This document shows positions 9,992 through 18,798 of a stretch of 64,000 nt of DNA, one piece after another (position 1 is the stretch's first letter; each line of letters begins with the position of its first letter). Both the position numbers and the translations under genes were made by a program. This stretch comes from a virus (lineage: Duplodnaviria; Heunggongvirae; Uroviricota; Caudoviricetes). The DNA lies in the IMG/VR virus record IMGVR_UViG_3300033146_004404, positions 1-64,000 of that record, one strand, 5' to 3'. The notes beneath the pieces are model-generated. The model worked only from the letters and a program-made list of their open reading frames with translations. It was not told the origin of the DNA and did no database searches.

Positions 9992-10270
9992 ATGATAAAT
10001 CATTTTACTGCCGAGCGAGAGATCGCTCGGAATATCACTGCTGAAGAGGCGGCCATTTCTATGGCCGCCTCAAGGAATGAGATTTATGGGGTTCATGTGA
10101 GCCCCACGAAAAAGGCAAAAAAATGCCGAAATAAGAAACCTCAGCTTGAAATAGCTGAGGTTTCCATTGAGAGACTGGATCCTAACGGGATCCAGTTTCA
10201 GGATCGTCTTGCGTCTCTGAGGGCCAAAATAGCCCTCAGAGACGGAGTGGATTTGCGCTCAGTCAACTGA
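9992..10270 (+). CDS. hypothetical protein (GC-richer island)
   Basis: Strong RBS AAGGAGG; preceded by the 60-bp palindromic element. Confidence 0.45.
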   Translation: MINHFTAEREIARNITAEEAAISMAASRNEIYGVHVSPTKKAKKCRNKKPQLEIAEVSIERLDPNGIQFQDRLASLRAKIALRDGVDLRSVN

Positions 10271-10321
10271 GCGCAAAGATCGTTTGAGCCTAAAGGGCTT
10301 GCCAGAGTGCAAGCCAGCTTT

Positions 10322-10386
10322 AAAGAAAAGTATTGACTTTTCTTGTCAGTGGGATTTTACATAAGATCCTATTGACAAGAAAAGTT
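10322..10386 (+). promoter_or_regulatory. inverted-repeat element TTGACTTTTCTTGTCA / TTGACAAGAAAAGTTGG
   Basis: Two -35-like hexamers embedded in a 14-bp inverted repeat upstream of 10431. Confidence 0.3.
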
Positions 10387-10430
10387 GGTCGTATGACCGA
10401 CTTAAATAATGAAACCGTAAGGTAGCCGAA

Positions 10431-10766
10431 GTGGTAGCTCTTCAGGTAGAGATGAAAGAGTATCTGAAGGAAAGAAAAGCTTCAGAAAAAGTCATTGCAA
10501 TCGCAATGATATCAACAAAGATTTCTGATGGTGACGAAGTCACCTGCAGATTTAAGGACGGAGTGGTTGAGGGAGTGGTTGTCGCAAAACGTGACAAATC
10601 TTTGTCTATTCTAACACCGGATGTGCTGAACCTAAAAGGGCAGCCATCCAGACTATCACGGAGCTATGACTCCGTGATAGAAATAAATGGGATGGAGCTG
10701 GAAAAGTATTCAGCTCCATCCGCTAAAGCTGAGGTTGAGGTTGAAGCTTCTGAAGCTGTAAGCTGA
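10431..10766 (+). CDS. hypothetical protein with acidic EV/EA C-terminal tail
   Basis: ORF ends '...AKAEVEVEASEAVS'. The start is uncertain. Confidence 0.35.
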   Translation: MVALQVEMKEYLKERKASEKVIAIAMISTKISDGDEVTCRFKDGVVEGVVVAKRDKSLSILTPDVLNLKGQPSRLSRSYDSVIEINGMELEKYSAPSAKAEVEVEASEAVS

Positions 10767-10800
10767 TCAAAAATCAATAGCCCGTTTAGGGCTATTGATT

Positions 10801-10864
10801 TTGACAAAATGGAAATGTTTCACGTGAAACATCTGCATTGTGTCAAAATGATACAAAGGGGTGA
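10801..10864 (+). promoter_or_regulatory. 60-bp palindromic operator/promoter element, copy 2
   Basis: Near-identical copy upstream of 10868. A partial third copy (gacaaaatggaaatgttt) lies at 10944-10962 inside that ORF. Confidence 0.5.
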
Positions 10865-10867
10865 AAA

Positions 10868-11377
10868 ATGGCTGGAAAAAATGCCAAGCCAGTTCAAGAC
10901 TTAATGACCGCATTGCGGTTCGATAGTCTTGAGCTGAAATGCTTCGACAAAATGGAAATGTTTTCTCTATCAGGAATCTTAACGACTGATAGAGAAAAGG
11001 AAAAAGTGATCTATATGAATATGGATCACACGGAGACGAAAGAGCAAAAAGATATTGTATATATCTTTGCTCTTAATAACAAAATTCTGAAGGTTGGTTC
11101 AACAGGAACTAACCTCAGACAAAGACTTGCCAGTTACAATACTGGCAAGAAAAAATACGCTGATAGTGGAACATGTTCCACTACAAACTTTTTTGTTTTG
11201 CAAAGTTTGTTAAATATAAATGAACCGATTGCGGTTTATACATATTATCCTCCGAAAATGAAAATTGATGTTTTTGGTGAAGAACAGGAAGTTTCCTGTT
11301 CTAAGCTCTTTGAGAAAGCTATTCTAAAGAGCTTAAAGGACTCAGGTAATATGTCTATGTTCTGCACTCAGACATAA
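10868..11377 (+). CDS. GIY-YIG-like nuclease domain protein
   Basis: 'VYIFALNNKILKVGSTGTNLRQRLASY' resembles the GIY-x10-YIG ... R core. Preceded by the second copy of the 60-bp palindromic element. Confidence 0.45.
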   Translation: MAGKNAKPVQDLMTALRFDSLELKCFDKMEMFSLSGILTTDREKEKVIYMNMDHTETKEQKDIVYIFALNNKILKVGSTGTNLRQRLASYNTGKKKYADSGTCSTTNFFVLQSLLNINEPIAVYTYYPPKMKIDVFGEEQEVSCSKLFEKAILKSLKDSGNMSMFCTQT

Positions 11378-11539
11378 TGATTTCAATCAAGAGGCTTAAA
11401 CCTCTTGATTGAAAAATTTTAAGGAAGAAAATGAGTTTATTGAAACTGGGGTACTTTAAATGTATCCAATACTTAAGCGAGGTGAATAAATGATCGGATT
11501 TACTATAATAGTATTCTCTTATATAGCATTTAAAGCTAT

Positions 11540-12205
11540 ATGTTGTCTAAGAAAAAATGGCCTAAAATGGCTGAAGGAATTTATATGAAACTTAGGTTTA
11601 ATTTTGATGATACGTTTTGCGATTTTGACATTCCTTACATCATAAATGAAGGATTCATGACTGAAGAGTCTAAGAAACTCTATGCCTTTAATGAATTGGC
11701 TGAAGCTATTGAAGTTTTAAGCACTAAAAAAAGCAAGTGGTTTGACTATCTTTTAGATAACTGTTATACACTCATGGAAGCTGTTGAAAATGACGCTACC
11801 TTTTTGCTCTTGAAAAAAACAGGTAACTTTGAATATTGTATAGAGGATTATTCATTATTTGAAACTTATGATGACGCTCTTGATTCTTTTTATGACAATT
11901 TTGGTGAAGATTATTGCAGACAAAAAGAAGATTTTTATGTTCTTGATATGATGGAAGATAAAATGATAGAACTTAATAAAACAATTGAGCTTTCACAAGA
12001 AAGCATTTTAATTCTTCATGACAATAAGCTTGTCGATCTTGATAAAGCTAAGGGTGTTTATGACCTATGGGTCAAAAGCAAATTAGGACTTGTTTACGTT
12101 ATGAGTGAAAAACTCAATGATATTAAGAGCTTTATTGATAACAATTCTGTTTATACTATTGATGACTTTTCAATCTTAAACCATGAAAAAAACATGGAAT
12201 TATAA
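11540..12205 (+). CDS. hypothetical protein
   Basis: ORF; the start may be at an internal ATG (11564 or 11576). Confidence 0.45.
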   Translation: MLSKKKWPKMAEGIYMKLRFNFDDTFCDFDIPYIINEGFMTEESKKLYAFNELAEAIEVLSTKKSKWFDYLLDNCYTLMEAVENDATFLLLKKTGNFEYCIEDYSLFETYDDALDSFYDNFGEDYCRQKEDFYVLDMMEDKMIELNKTIELSQESILILHDNKLVDLDKAKGVYDLWVKSKLGLVYVMSEKLNDIKSFIDNNSVYTIDDFSILNHEKNMEL

Positions 12206-12248
12206 AAATCAGGACAATCTTATTACAATAACATTCTAAGGGAAAAAA

Positions 12249-12473
12249 ATGAAAATTGAAAATGGTTTCTACGTATTAAGATATTTCTGGACTGATTCTT
12301 TTAACCAGAAAAGGACTGAATTGTTTGCCGCTAAAGTATTTGATGGTATTGTGATGGATCATGTCGGAGGTGAAGAGGATCCTATTGATTTGAATAAAAT
12401 TGAAGAAACTGACTTTGATAAAATTGAAGTAGTTGAAAAGTTTGAAGTGGAAGAGCTTTTTCAAGGGGAATAA
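12249..12473 (+). CDS. hypothetical protein
   Basis: ORF with RBS. Confidence 0.4.
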   Translation: MKIENGFYVLRYFWTDSFNQKRTELFAAKVFDGIVMDHVGGEEDPIDLNKIEETDFDKIEVVEKFEVEELFQGE

Positions 12474-12665
12474 ATGAGAAAAATAATTGTTGCAACTAAG
12501 TATGAAGTTTTTTTTGGAACAAAGGAAAATTATACTTTAGTTAGAGTGTTTACAAATAGCAAGACAGAAGCAGGTAGAACTACTTTAAATTTACAGGAAC
12601 CGTTCCTAGTAAGAAAAGCATGTTCTGATCCATTTGAAGGATCAAACGTTATAGAAGATTTTTAA
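12474..12665 (+). CDS. hypothetical protein
   Basis: ORF overlapping the upstream stop. Confidence 0.4.
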   Translation: MRKIIVATKYEVFFGTKENYTLVRVFTNSKTEAGRTTLNLQEPFLVRKACSDPFEGSNVIEDF

Positions 12666-12925
12666 ATAAGGTAGTAAAGTATGTTAAAAGAAACTGTATA
12701 TATACTTATCAAAATTAAGGATACAAGAAGCTTAAATGAAATTCAACTATATAGTTGAATCTATATTCAGTTATATAAGTGACATTGAAAGAAAGCTTTT
12801 TATCTATATTGCAGATTTACAGAAGGTGAGAAAATTAATCAGAAGTATATGAAAATATAACAGGCTAGATTTTTATTCCGAAATTGTAAAGTTGCAAAAA
12901 AGGGTTTTTAAAGGAAGGAAACTAA

Positions 12926-13807
12926 ATGAAAATACAAAGTCTGAGTATAGTAATTGCTGGTGGATGCGCAAACAGTTGTAAATTTTGTGTCTCAAAAGTC
13001 ACAAAAGATAAAGTTAATTTTGAGAACCTGATGAAGCCAGAAAATAAACAAGACTATATAGACAGACTTGAATATGCTCAAGTTCTCGGAGCTAATACTG
13101 TTATCATTACAGGAAACGGGGAGCCGGTAATGAATCAAAAGAATTTACAGTATTTCTTTGACCGAAACTCAGAAATGAAAAACCCTTTTATTAACATTGA
13201 AATTCAGACAAGCGGCATAATGCTTGATGATAATATGTTAAAGTATTTGAAAGAAAATGGGGTGAAAACTATATCCCTTTCACTTTCTAATATTTTCAGT
13301 TCTGGAATAAATGGTGAAATTAATCAGACACCAGTTAAATATTTTGTAGACATTGAACTATTATGCGAAAAAATCAAGGCATTATTTAACCTTAGACTTT
13401 CGCTGAATATGTCAATCGTATATACAAAAGGTTATAAATCTTCAAGTTTTTCTATGAAATATGGTGTAAATAAGATCTTTAATGAAGCAAGAAGACTCGG
13501 AGCAGATCAGCTAACTTTTAGAAAGCTGTATAAATCTTCTGATGACAATCCTGTAAATAAATGGATTGAAGAAAATGATGTTTCACACGAACTATGGGAA
13601 GTTTTAAAAAACTATATATATGAAAATGGCAATGCTCTTGAAAGGCTTCCATTCGGAGCATTGAAATATTCAGTTGATGGAATATCAACTGTTGTTGATG
13701 ATGACTGTATGAGTAAAAAAAATGCCGAAGCTGTAAAGTTTTTGATTCTTCAAACTAATGCAAAACTGTATACAAGGTGGGATGATAAAGGTTCACTGAT
13801 AATGTAA
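12926..13807 (+). CDS. radical SAM domain protein
   Basis: N-terminal 'GGCANSCKFC' CX3CX2C cluster and 'ITGNGEP' (GGE-like SAM motif); AAGGAAGG RBS. Confidence 0.6.
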   Translation: MKIQSLSIVIAGGCANSCKFCVSKVTKDKVNFENLMKPENKQDYIDRLEYAQVLGANTVIITGNGEPVMNQKNLQYFFDRNSEMKNPFINIEIQTSGIMLDDNMLKYLKENGVKTISLSLSNIFSSGINGEINQTPVKYFVDIELLCEKIKALFNLRLSLNMSIVYTKGYKSSSFSMKYGVNKIFNEARRLGADQLTFRKLYKSSDDNPVNKWIEENDVSHELWEVLKNYIYENGNALERLPFGALKYSVDGISTVVDDDCMSKKNAEAVKFLILQTNAKLYTRWDDKGSLIM

Positions 13808-13820
13808 CTGAGGAGGAACT

Positions 13821-13976
13821 ATGAAAGTAATAATAAAAGAAAGTGAAATAAAATATGCTCCTACATCGAAGTTAGTATATTTAAACGATGTTTTGTCCGG
13901 AAAAAATGAGTATGCAAACCTTAAAGAAAATATAAGGGCAGAGCTTAAAGAGAGAAAGAAGAAAAGACAATCTTGA
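13821..13976 (+). CDS. small hypothetical protein (51 aa)
   Basis: GAGGAGG RBS 6 nt before the ATG. Confidence 0.3.
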   Translation: MKVIIKESEIKYAPTSKLVYLNDVLSGKNEYANLKENIRAELKERKKKRQS

Positions 13977-14001
13977 CAGAAAAAGAATAATATTCTATAA
14001 T
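13973..14001 (+). promoter_or_regulatory. consensus early promoter copy 5 (spacer variant)
   Basis: TTGACAgaaaaagaataatattcTATAAT; precedes 14031. Confidence 0.65.
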
Positions 14002-14030
14002 TAAGTATAAGAAAAGCGAGGTTTGAAAAT

Positions 14031-14432
14031 ATGATAATTTTAAAGAAAGGATATACTCTGGAAGTTGTTTCATGGGAAAATGACGGAGATAATTATAACA
14101 CCAAAAGTTATACTTTTGATCTTGATAAAAAAGATGAAGCAATAGCTGTCTTACAGATGTGTAAGGATATTTTTGTTTCATGTAATAATGGAGATGGTGG
14201 AATCGGAAATAAGATGGTATTTCGTGACGACCAAAAAGAAATAATTCTTAAATATATGAAAAGCCATCCAGAGCTTTGCGGGAGCTATACGGAAGACGCA
14301 GATTTAATACAAATCTGTATTGAATGGAATTACACACTTCTTGGAAGCTCTGTTTTTTATGAGTTTCGTGTTTTTGAGAGTGGGGTAGTTCTTTATTCTC
14401 CTGAAGATATTGAAGTTGACCGTATAGCATAA
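14031..14432 (+). CDS. hypothetical protein
   Basis: Consensus promoter copy 5 plus RBS. Confidence 0.5.
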   Translation: MIILKKGYTLEVVSWENDGDNYNTKSYTFDLDKKDEAIAVLQMCKDIFVSCNNGDGGIGNKMVFRDDQKEIILKYMKSHPELCGSYTEDADLIQICIEWNYTLLGSSVFYEFRVFESGVVLYSPEDIEVDRIA

Positions 14433-14448
14433 AGAGCGTATATTAAAT

Positions 14449-15678
14449 ATGAAATATGAAAAAATAAGAGAGAAGCTTGAAAACTTAAACAGCAACAGGA
14501 ATCACTATCAAATATCAAACGATGTTTGTACTCCGATGTCATTAGTGGAAATAATGGTATCTAAAATTCCAAAAGGTTTCTGGAAAAAAAAGGATGTTCG
14601 TGTATTAGACCCGTGTGCCGGTAATGGAAATTTTCCGGCCTATATAGAAGAAAGATTCAGACAAAACAAAAATGACAGCTATGAAATTGTAGCTAATGAG
14701 ATCAATCCTTTTCGGATTGAAAACTTAAAAAAGATACTTCCAGATATAACAGTATCAGAACGGGGTTTTTTAAGTTTTCCGGATGATGAGAAATATGATT
14801 TAATTATTGCAAATCCACCTTACGCTCAATTTACAGAGAGTGGGGGAAGGGCAGCAAAAAATCATAATATGTCAAGGAGTTTTGTAAGAAAATCATTAAC
14901 TTTGCTTAATGATAATGGTTATCTTGTGTATATTATTCCTGATAATTGGATGTCACTTTCTGACAGAAATGACATTGTAAAGTTATTAAGCGAGTATCAA
15001 TTTTTATACCTTGACATTCATAACGCAAAAAAATACTTTCCTAATGTTGGAAGTAGCTTTACATGGTTTTGTTTAAGAAAATCTGAAAACAAAACTCCTG
15101 TAATTATTAACAATGGTTATAAATGGAAGCTAGTGGACTTTTGTCCTATTGATAAAGGATCTGAAAACATTCCTTTGTTTTATACAAGAGAGGTCAGATC
15201 TATTGTAAATAAAACTCTTAATGCTGATTGTAAAAGAATCGAAGTCGAGACAACATCAGACTTACATAAATACACTAAAAAGGATATGTTTGGAGAACGA
15301 AGTTCCGATTTTAAATATAAAATATGGCATACCCAGAATCAGGTAGTATGGAGTAAAAGAGAGCATAAGTTCCAGAATGGATGGAAAGTTTTTATATCAT
15401 TAACTTCCTACTACTCAACATTTATTGAGGAAAATTCTGGAATGACTCAAAGTATAGGTTTTGTTTTGTGTAATAGTGAAAATGAAGCAAAGGAAATAAA
15501 AAAGATTTTAGATCATCCTTTGTATGTTTTCTTGAATAATATTCATAGATACGGAAATTTTAATAATGTGAGAATATTGCAGAAGTTTCCTTATCCTGAT
15601 GATGTTGATGATATATATGGAAATTTTAATATAACAGACTCCGAGAAGCAATTAGCTTTGAACTTTTTGAAAACTTGA
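14449..15678 (+). CDS. N6-adenine DNA methyltransferase (gamma-type motif order)
   Basis: Motif I 'VLDPCAGNGNF' followed by motif IV 'IIANPPYAQF'. Confidence 0.8.
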   Translation: MKYEKIREKLENLNSNRNHYQISNDVCTPMSLVEIMVSKIPKGFWKKKDVRVLDPCAGNGNFPAYIEERFRQNKNDSYEIVANEINPFRIENLKKILPDITVSERGFLSFPDDEKYDLIIANPPYAQFTESGGRAAKNHNMSRSFVRKSLTLLNDNGYLVYIIPDNWMSLSDRNDIVKLLSEYQFLYLDIHNAKKYFPNVGSSFTWFCLRKSENKTPVIINNGYKWKLVDFCPIDKGSENIPLFYTREVRSIVNKTLNADCKRIEVETTSDLHKYTKKDMFGERSSDFKYKIWHTQNQVVWSKREHKFQNGWKVFISLTSYYSTFIEENSGMTQSIGFVLCNSENEAKEIKKILDHPLYVFLNNIHRYGNFNNVRILQKFPYPDDVDDIYGNFNITDSEKQLALNFLKT

Positions 15679-15703
15679 CAAAAAAAGAATAATATGCTAT
15701 AAT
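15675..15703 (+). promoter_or_regulatory. consensus early promoter copy 6
   Basis: TTGACAaaaaaagaataatatgcTATAAT; precedes 15735. Confidence 0.75.
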
Positions 15704-15734
15704 TAAGTATAAAGAAAAACAAAAGGGGTAAAAC

Positions 15735-16115
15735 ATGGATTTTACAAAAATGTCAGTAGAAGAGATTGAAGATGTTATTTCAGGTGCAAAGTCAGCACTC
15801 GTTGACGCAAAAGCAGAAGTAAAACTCTTAAAAGCAGAAGAGAAGAAAGATCGACATGATCTTTTTAAAGCTTCACTTCAGGTAGGCGATAAAGTAACGT
15901 TTCTCTATGGTTCAAAAAATGAAACCAAAGAAGGAACAATTGTAAGAGTTTCTGATAAGACAGTTACTGTCGGGTCAGATGCCTTCTCAAAAGGTTCTGG
16001 ATATGTTCGTTTTGATCGCTTTATTGAGATAGTAGAAACTGCAGAAGTAGAAGTAGAAGCAGAAGTAGAAGCAGAAGCAGAAGCAGAAGCAGAAGCAGAA
16101 GCAGAAGCAGTATAA
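15735..16115 (+). CDS. hypothetical protein with C-terminal (EA)n tail
   Basis: Ends 'EVEVEAEVEAEAEAEAEAEAEAEAV', encoded by GAAGCA/GAAGTA repeats. Confidence 0.5.
   Translation: MDFTKMSVEEIEDVISGAKSALVDAKAEVKLLKAEEKKDRHDLFKASLQVGDKVTFLYGSKNETKEGTIVRVSDKTVTVGSDAFSKGSGYVRFDRFIEIVETAEVEVEAEVEAEAEAEAEAEAEAV
16040..16110 (+). repeat. GAAGCA/GAAGTA hexanucleotide tandem repeat encoding an (EA/EV)n tail
   Basis: gcagaagtagaagtagaagcagaagtagaagcagaagcagaagcagaagcagaagcagaagcag. Confidence 0.8.
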
Positions 16116-16232
16116 AAACATATTTAAAAAAGTGGTCTTGACGAGGTGCATATATTGAAAATCCCTTTAACGTATATAATATGCTTAAGGTAACAAGTTG
16201 AAAGCCGTACCAGTTCGAGACAGTATTTAATA

Positions 16233-16262
16233 ACAAGCCCTGCAAATCAGCAGGGCTTTAAT
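16233..16262 (+). terminator. rho-independent terminator
   Basis: aagccctgc-aaatca-gcagggcttt. Confidence 0.6.
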
Positions 16263-16281
16263 TTTCTGCAAGAGAGGATGG

Positions 16282-16779
16282 ATGAGAGTAAAGACATTTA
16301 TTTTTTTTCTGTTTTTTAGTATTTCAGTGATTGCAGCAAAAGACTTTCGTTTGATAATAATCGAAAATTGTATAAAACATGAAGTACCTTACGTTGTAGG
16401 GTTCACTGTGGCCATGACTGAATCAGATATTAGAATGGACATAGAAGAAGAACTAAATCACAATGGAACATATGACATAGGGATATTTCAATTAAATAGT
16501 TATTACATCGGCTGGTTTGAAGAGAAGTATTGGAAAGAGCTTGAAAGCTTTAATCCGTACAATCCAGAACATAATATTGAAATGGGAATAATGTATTTAT
16601 CAGACTTGAGAAAGAGGTTTGAATCATGGGAATTGGCTATTCGTGCTTATAACGTAGGGCCAACAACTGTTTGGAATAACAGAGAAGCTGGGTCTTATTA
16701 TTATGGGAAATATTTGAAGAATGTTAAGAAAGTTGACATAAAAAGAATAATATGCTATAATTATAGTATAAGGAGATAG
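16282..16779 (+). CDS. secreted lytic transglycosylase / lysozyme-like protein
   Basis: N-terminal signal-like 'MRVKTFIFFLFFSISVIAA'; 'MTESDIRMD...GTYDIGIFQLNS' resembles the SLT catalytic Glu-Ser ... GLMQ region. Confidence 0.4.
   Translation: MRVKTFIFFLFFSISVIAAKDFRLIIIENCIKHEVPYVVGFTVAMTESDIRMDIEEELNHNGTYDIGIFQLNSYYIGWFEEKYWKELESFNPYNPEHNIEMGIMYLSDLRKRFESWELAIRAYNVGPTTVWNNREAGSYYYGKYLKNVKKVDIKRIICYNYSIRR
16743..16771 (+). promoter_or_regulatory. consensus early promoter copy 7
   Basis: TTGACAtaaaaagaataatatgcTATAAT, embedded in the 3' coding end of 16282-16779. Confidence 0.65.
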
Positions 16780-16780
16780 A

Positions 16781-16990
16781 ATGATATTTTTAATGTGGAG
16801 ATTATATATTGCTTATAATTCTGTAAAGCGTCAGGGTTACAAAATGGTAAATAGTAAGCAAATTAGAGAGAAGATTTCACTGGCAATGAATCCTTACTTT
16901 GGTATTTTAGCACAGGACTTTTATAAAAGCTCAATTTACTTCAGTTTTGCAATTGAATTATCAATGCTCTGGATGACGTTTTTTGTTTGA
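16781..16990 (+). CDS. small membrane protein
   Basis: Hydrophobic ORF downstream of promoter copy 7. Confidence 0.35.
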   Translation: MIFLMWRLYIAYNSVKRQGYKMVNSKQIREKISLAMNPYFGILAQDFYKSSIYFSFAIELSMLWMTFFV

Positions 16991-17015
16991 CGAAAAAAGA
17001 ATAATGTGGTATAAT
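16987..17015 (+). promoter_or_regulatory. consensus early promoter copy 8 (TTGACG variant)
   Basis: TTGACGaaaaaagaataatgtggTATAAT; precedes the cca head gene. Confidence 0.65.
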
Positions 17016-17035
17016 TAAGTATAAGGAGGCAAAAG

Positions 17036-17779
17036 ATGAGTTTTGAAAAAGCAAAAAGAATCGCACAGATTCTACAAGATAACGGATTCAAAGCTGTCTT
17101 TGCTGGCGGTGCTGTTCGGGATATGGTTCTTGGCGTCGAGCCACATGATTTCGATGTGGCAACTTCAGCAAGACCTGAAGATGTTAAAAGAATTTTTATC
17201 AACTCTAGTTTTGTAGGCGAAAGTTTTGGTGTATCACTTGTTGAAGGCATTGAAGTCGCATCATTTAGAATTGATAAAAGTCAGGTTGATGGTAGAAAAC
17301 CAAACAGTATTGAATTTGCTTCAATGGAAGAGGATTCAAAACGCAGAGACCTGACAATCAATGCTCTGTTCTGGGATCCGATTAGTGAAGAATTCTTTGA
17401 CTTTGTTGGTGGAATGAAAGACATCGAAGAAAAAATAATAAGATTTGTTGGTGATCCAATTAAAAGAATAGAAGAAGATAACTTGAGAATAATGAGAGCT
17501 ATCAGATTTGCTCATAAGTTGAACTTTACTCTTAGCAAGAGTACTACTCTTGCGATTGTTAATAATGCTGAAAAAGTAAAGAGTCTGTCAGGTGATAGAA
17601 TTCTTGAAGAACTAAAGAAGGGTATTGTCTTAGATAAACCTTCTAAGTTTATTTCTCTCTTGTTTTCACTTGGTATTTTGAGACATATTCTTCCTGAAAT
17701 AACTGATCTTTCAGGTTGCGAACAACATATAAAATGGCACCCAGAAGGTGCAACAGCTCAAAAGATTATTTGTGACTAA
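17036..17779 (+). CDS. cca: tRNA nucleotidyltransferase (CCA-adding enzyme), N-terminal head/neck fragment
   Basis: 'GGAVRDMVLGVEPHDFDVAT' class-II nucleotidyltransferase signature and 'RRDLTINAL'. Ends '...WHPEG' followed by a short tail, then stop. Confidence 0.75.
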   Translation: MSFEKAKRIAQILQDNGFKAVFAGGAVRDMVLGVEPHDFDVATSARPEDVKRIFINSSFVGESFGVSLVEGIEVASFRIDKSQVDGRKPNSIEFASMEEDSKRRDLTINALFWDPISEEFFDFVGGMKDIEEKIIRFVGDPIKRIEEDNLRIMRAIRFAHKLNFTLSKSTTLAIVNNAEKVKSLSGDRILEELKKGIVLDKPSKFISLLFSLGILRHILPEITDLSGCEQHIKWHPEGATAQKIICD

Positions 17780-17840
17780 ATATCTGCAAAACAAAAAGTT
17801 GGCGTTGGAAAAATGCTTAACTTTTTTAACGGAGGACTGA

Positions 17841-18512
17841 GTGAAACTAGGAGAAAAAATTCCTTTAGATCCAAAAAATAAAGATCATTACGATAAAACA
17901 AAATATAAAATAACTCCAGGTGACGTTTTTGTTCATACAATGAAGGTTTTGGATAACATCGAATCAAAAGATTGGCGTGTTAGACTTGCTGCTTTATTTC
18001 ACGACATTGGCAAACCTGCAACTGCTGTTGATAAAGGTGAAGGTCGAATTTCAAACAAAGGTCATGATAAAGAAGGCGCAAAGATGGTTTTTGAAATTGG
18101 TAAAAGATTGTCTATGTCAAATGAAAACATTGCCTTAATTTCAAATCTAGTTAAGGATCATATGAACTTTAAAGAAGTTAAGAATATGAAAAGATCAACT
18201 CTTAGACGTTTTCTTTCTAAACCTCATATTGTTGAACTAATCGAACTTTCCAAAGCTGATAGTCTTGGTACTGATTTTGAGCACGATATGTCATTCATTG
18301 ACTTTGCAAAAAATCAGTTGAAAAATTTTGACGATTTGAATGAACCTGTTATGCCAGATCCTTTTGTTGATGGTCATGATTTGATTGCTATGGGCTTCAA
18401 GCCTAGTCCAAAATTTAAAGTTATGTTGGATAAAGTTATGGATTTGCAATTGGAAAATAAAATCAACAGTAAAGAAGAAGGAATCGATTTCATCGTAAAA
18501 AAATTTATTTGA
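17841..18512 (+). CDS. cca: CCA-adding enzyme C-terminal HD-domain fragment
   Basis: GTG start with GGAGGA RBS; 'PGDVFVHT' and 'LFHDIGKP' HD motifs. Continues the HPEG|DVxxHT motif that is split from the upstream ORF. Confidence 0.7.
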   Translation: MKLGEKIPLDPKNKDHYDKTKYKITPGDVFVHTMKVLDNIESKDWRVRLAALFHDIGKPATAVDKGEGRISNKGHDKEGAKMVFEIGKRLSMSNENIALISNLVKDHMNFKEVKNMKRSTLRRFLSKPHIVELIELSKADSLGTDFEHDMSFIDFAKNQLKNFDDLNEPVMPDPFVDGHDLIAMGFKPSPKFKVMLDKVMDLQLENKINSKEEGIDFIVKKFI

Positions 18513-18537
18513 CAAAAAAAGAAGAATATGTTATAAT
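18509..18537 (+). promoter_or_regulatory. consensus early promoter copy 9
   Basis: TTGACAaaaaaagaagaatatgtTATAAT; precedes 18574. Confidence 0.7.
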
Positions 18538-18573
18538 TAAGTATAAGAAAAGTAAAAAGGAGAATGTTTTGAA

Positions 18574-18798
18574 ATGATAATAAATCTTATTGTTTTTATT
18601 GTATTCTTATTTTTTGCCAAGTTTGTTATTTTTAAAGCTTACTCTGCTTTCATGAGGCTGAGCATAAAAGATCCAGCTTGGCAATTAAAAGAAGAAGAGA
18701 AAATGGCAAAGATGGCGAAGAAAGTGGATTTAGAGAAGGGCGTAGAAAACAAAGTTTTCTTAAATAAAGTAAAAAAAGTTTTTAGGCTTTTAAAATAA
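18574..18798 (+). CDS. small membrane protein (possible NfeD-like partner of SPFH protein)
   Basis: N-terminal TM helix and a K-rich tail; immediately upstream of the SPFH-like gene. Confidence 0.35.
   Translation: MIINLIVFIVFLFFAKFVIFKAYSAFMRLSIKDPAWQLKEEEKMAKMAKKVDLEKGVENKVFLNKVKKVFRLLK

Noticed and set aside
16021-16245. Minus-strand ORF encoding poly-Leu (MQGLL...LLLLLLLL).
   Set aside because: It is the reverse complement of the GAAGCA repeat that encodes the (EA)n tail of the plus-strand gene. No RBS is present, so it is spurious.
17747-17921. Gene-60-like translational bypass joining the two cca ORFs (matching GGT take-off and landing codons).
   Set aside because: No stop codon immediately follows the take-off codon, and the second ORF has its own GGAGGA RBS and GTG start. 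Two separate polypeptides are more parsimonious, though not excluded (kept as a finding).
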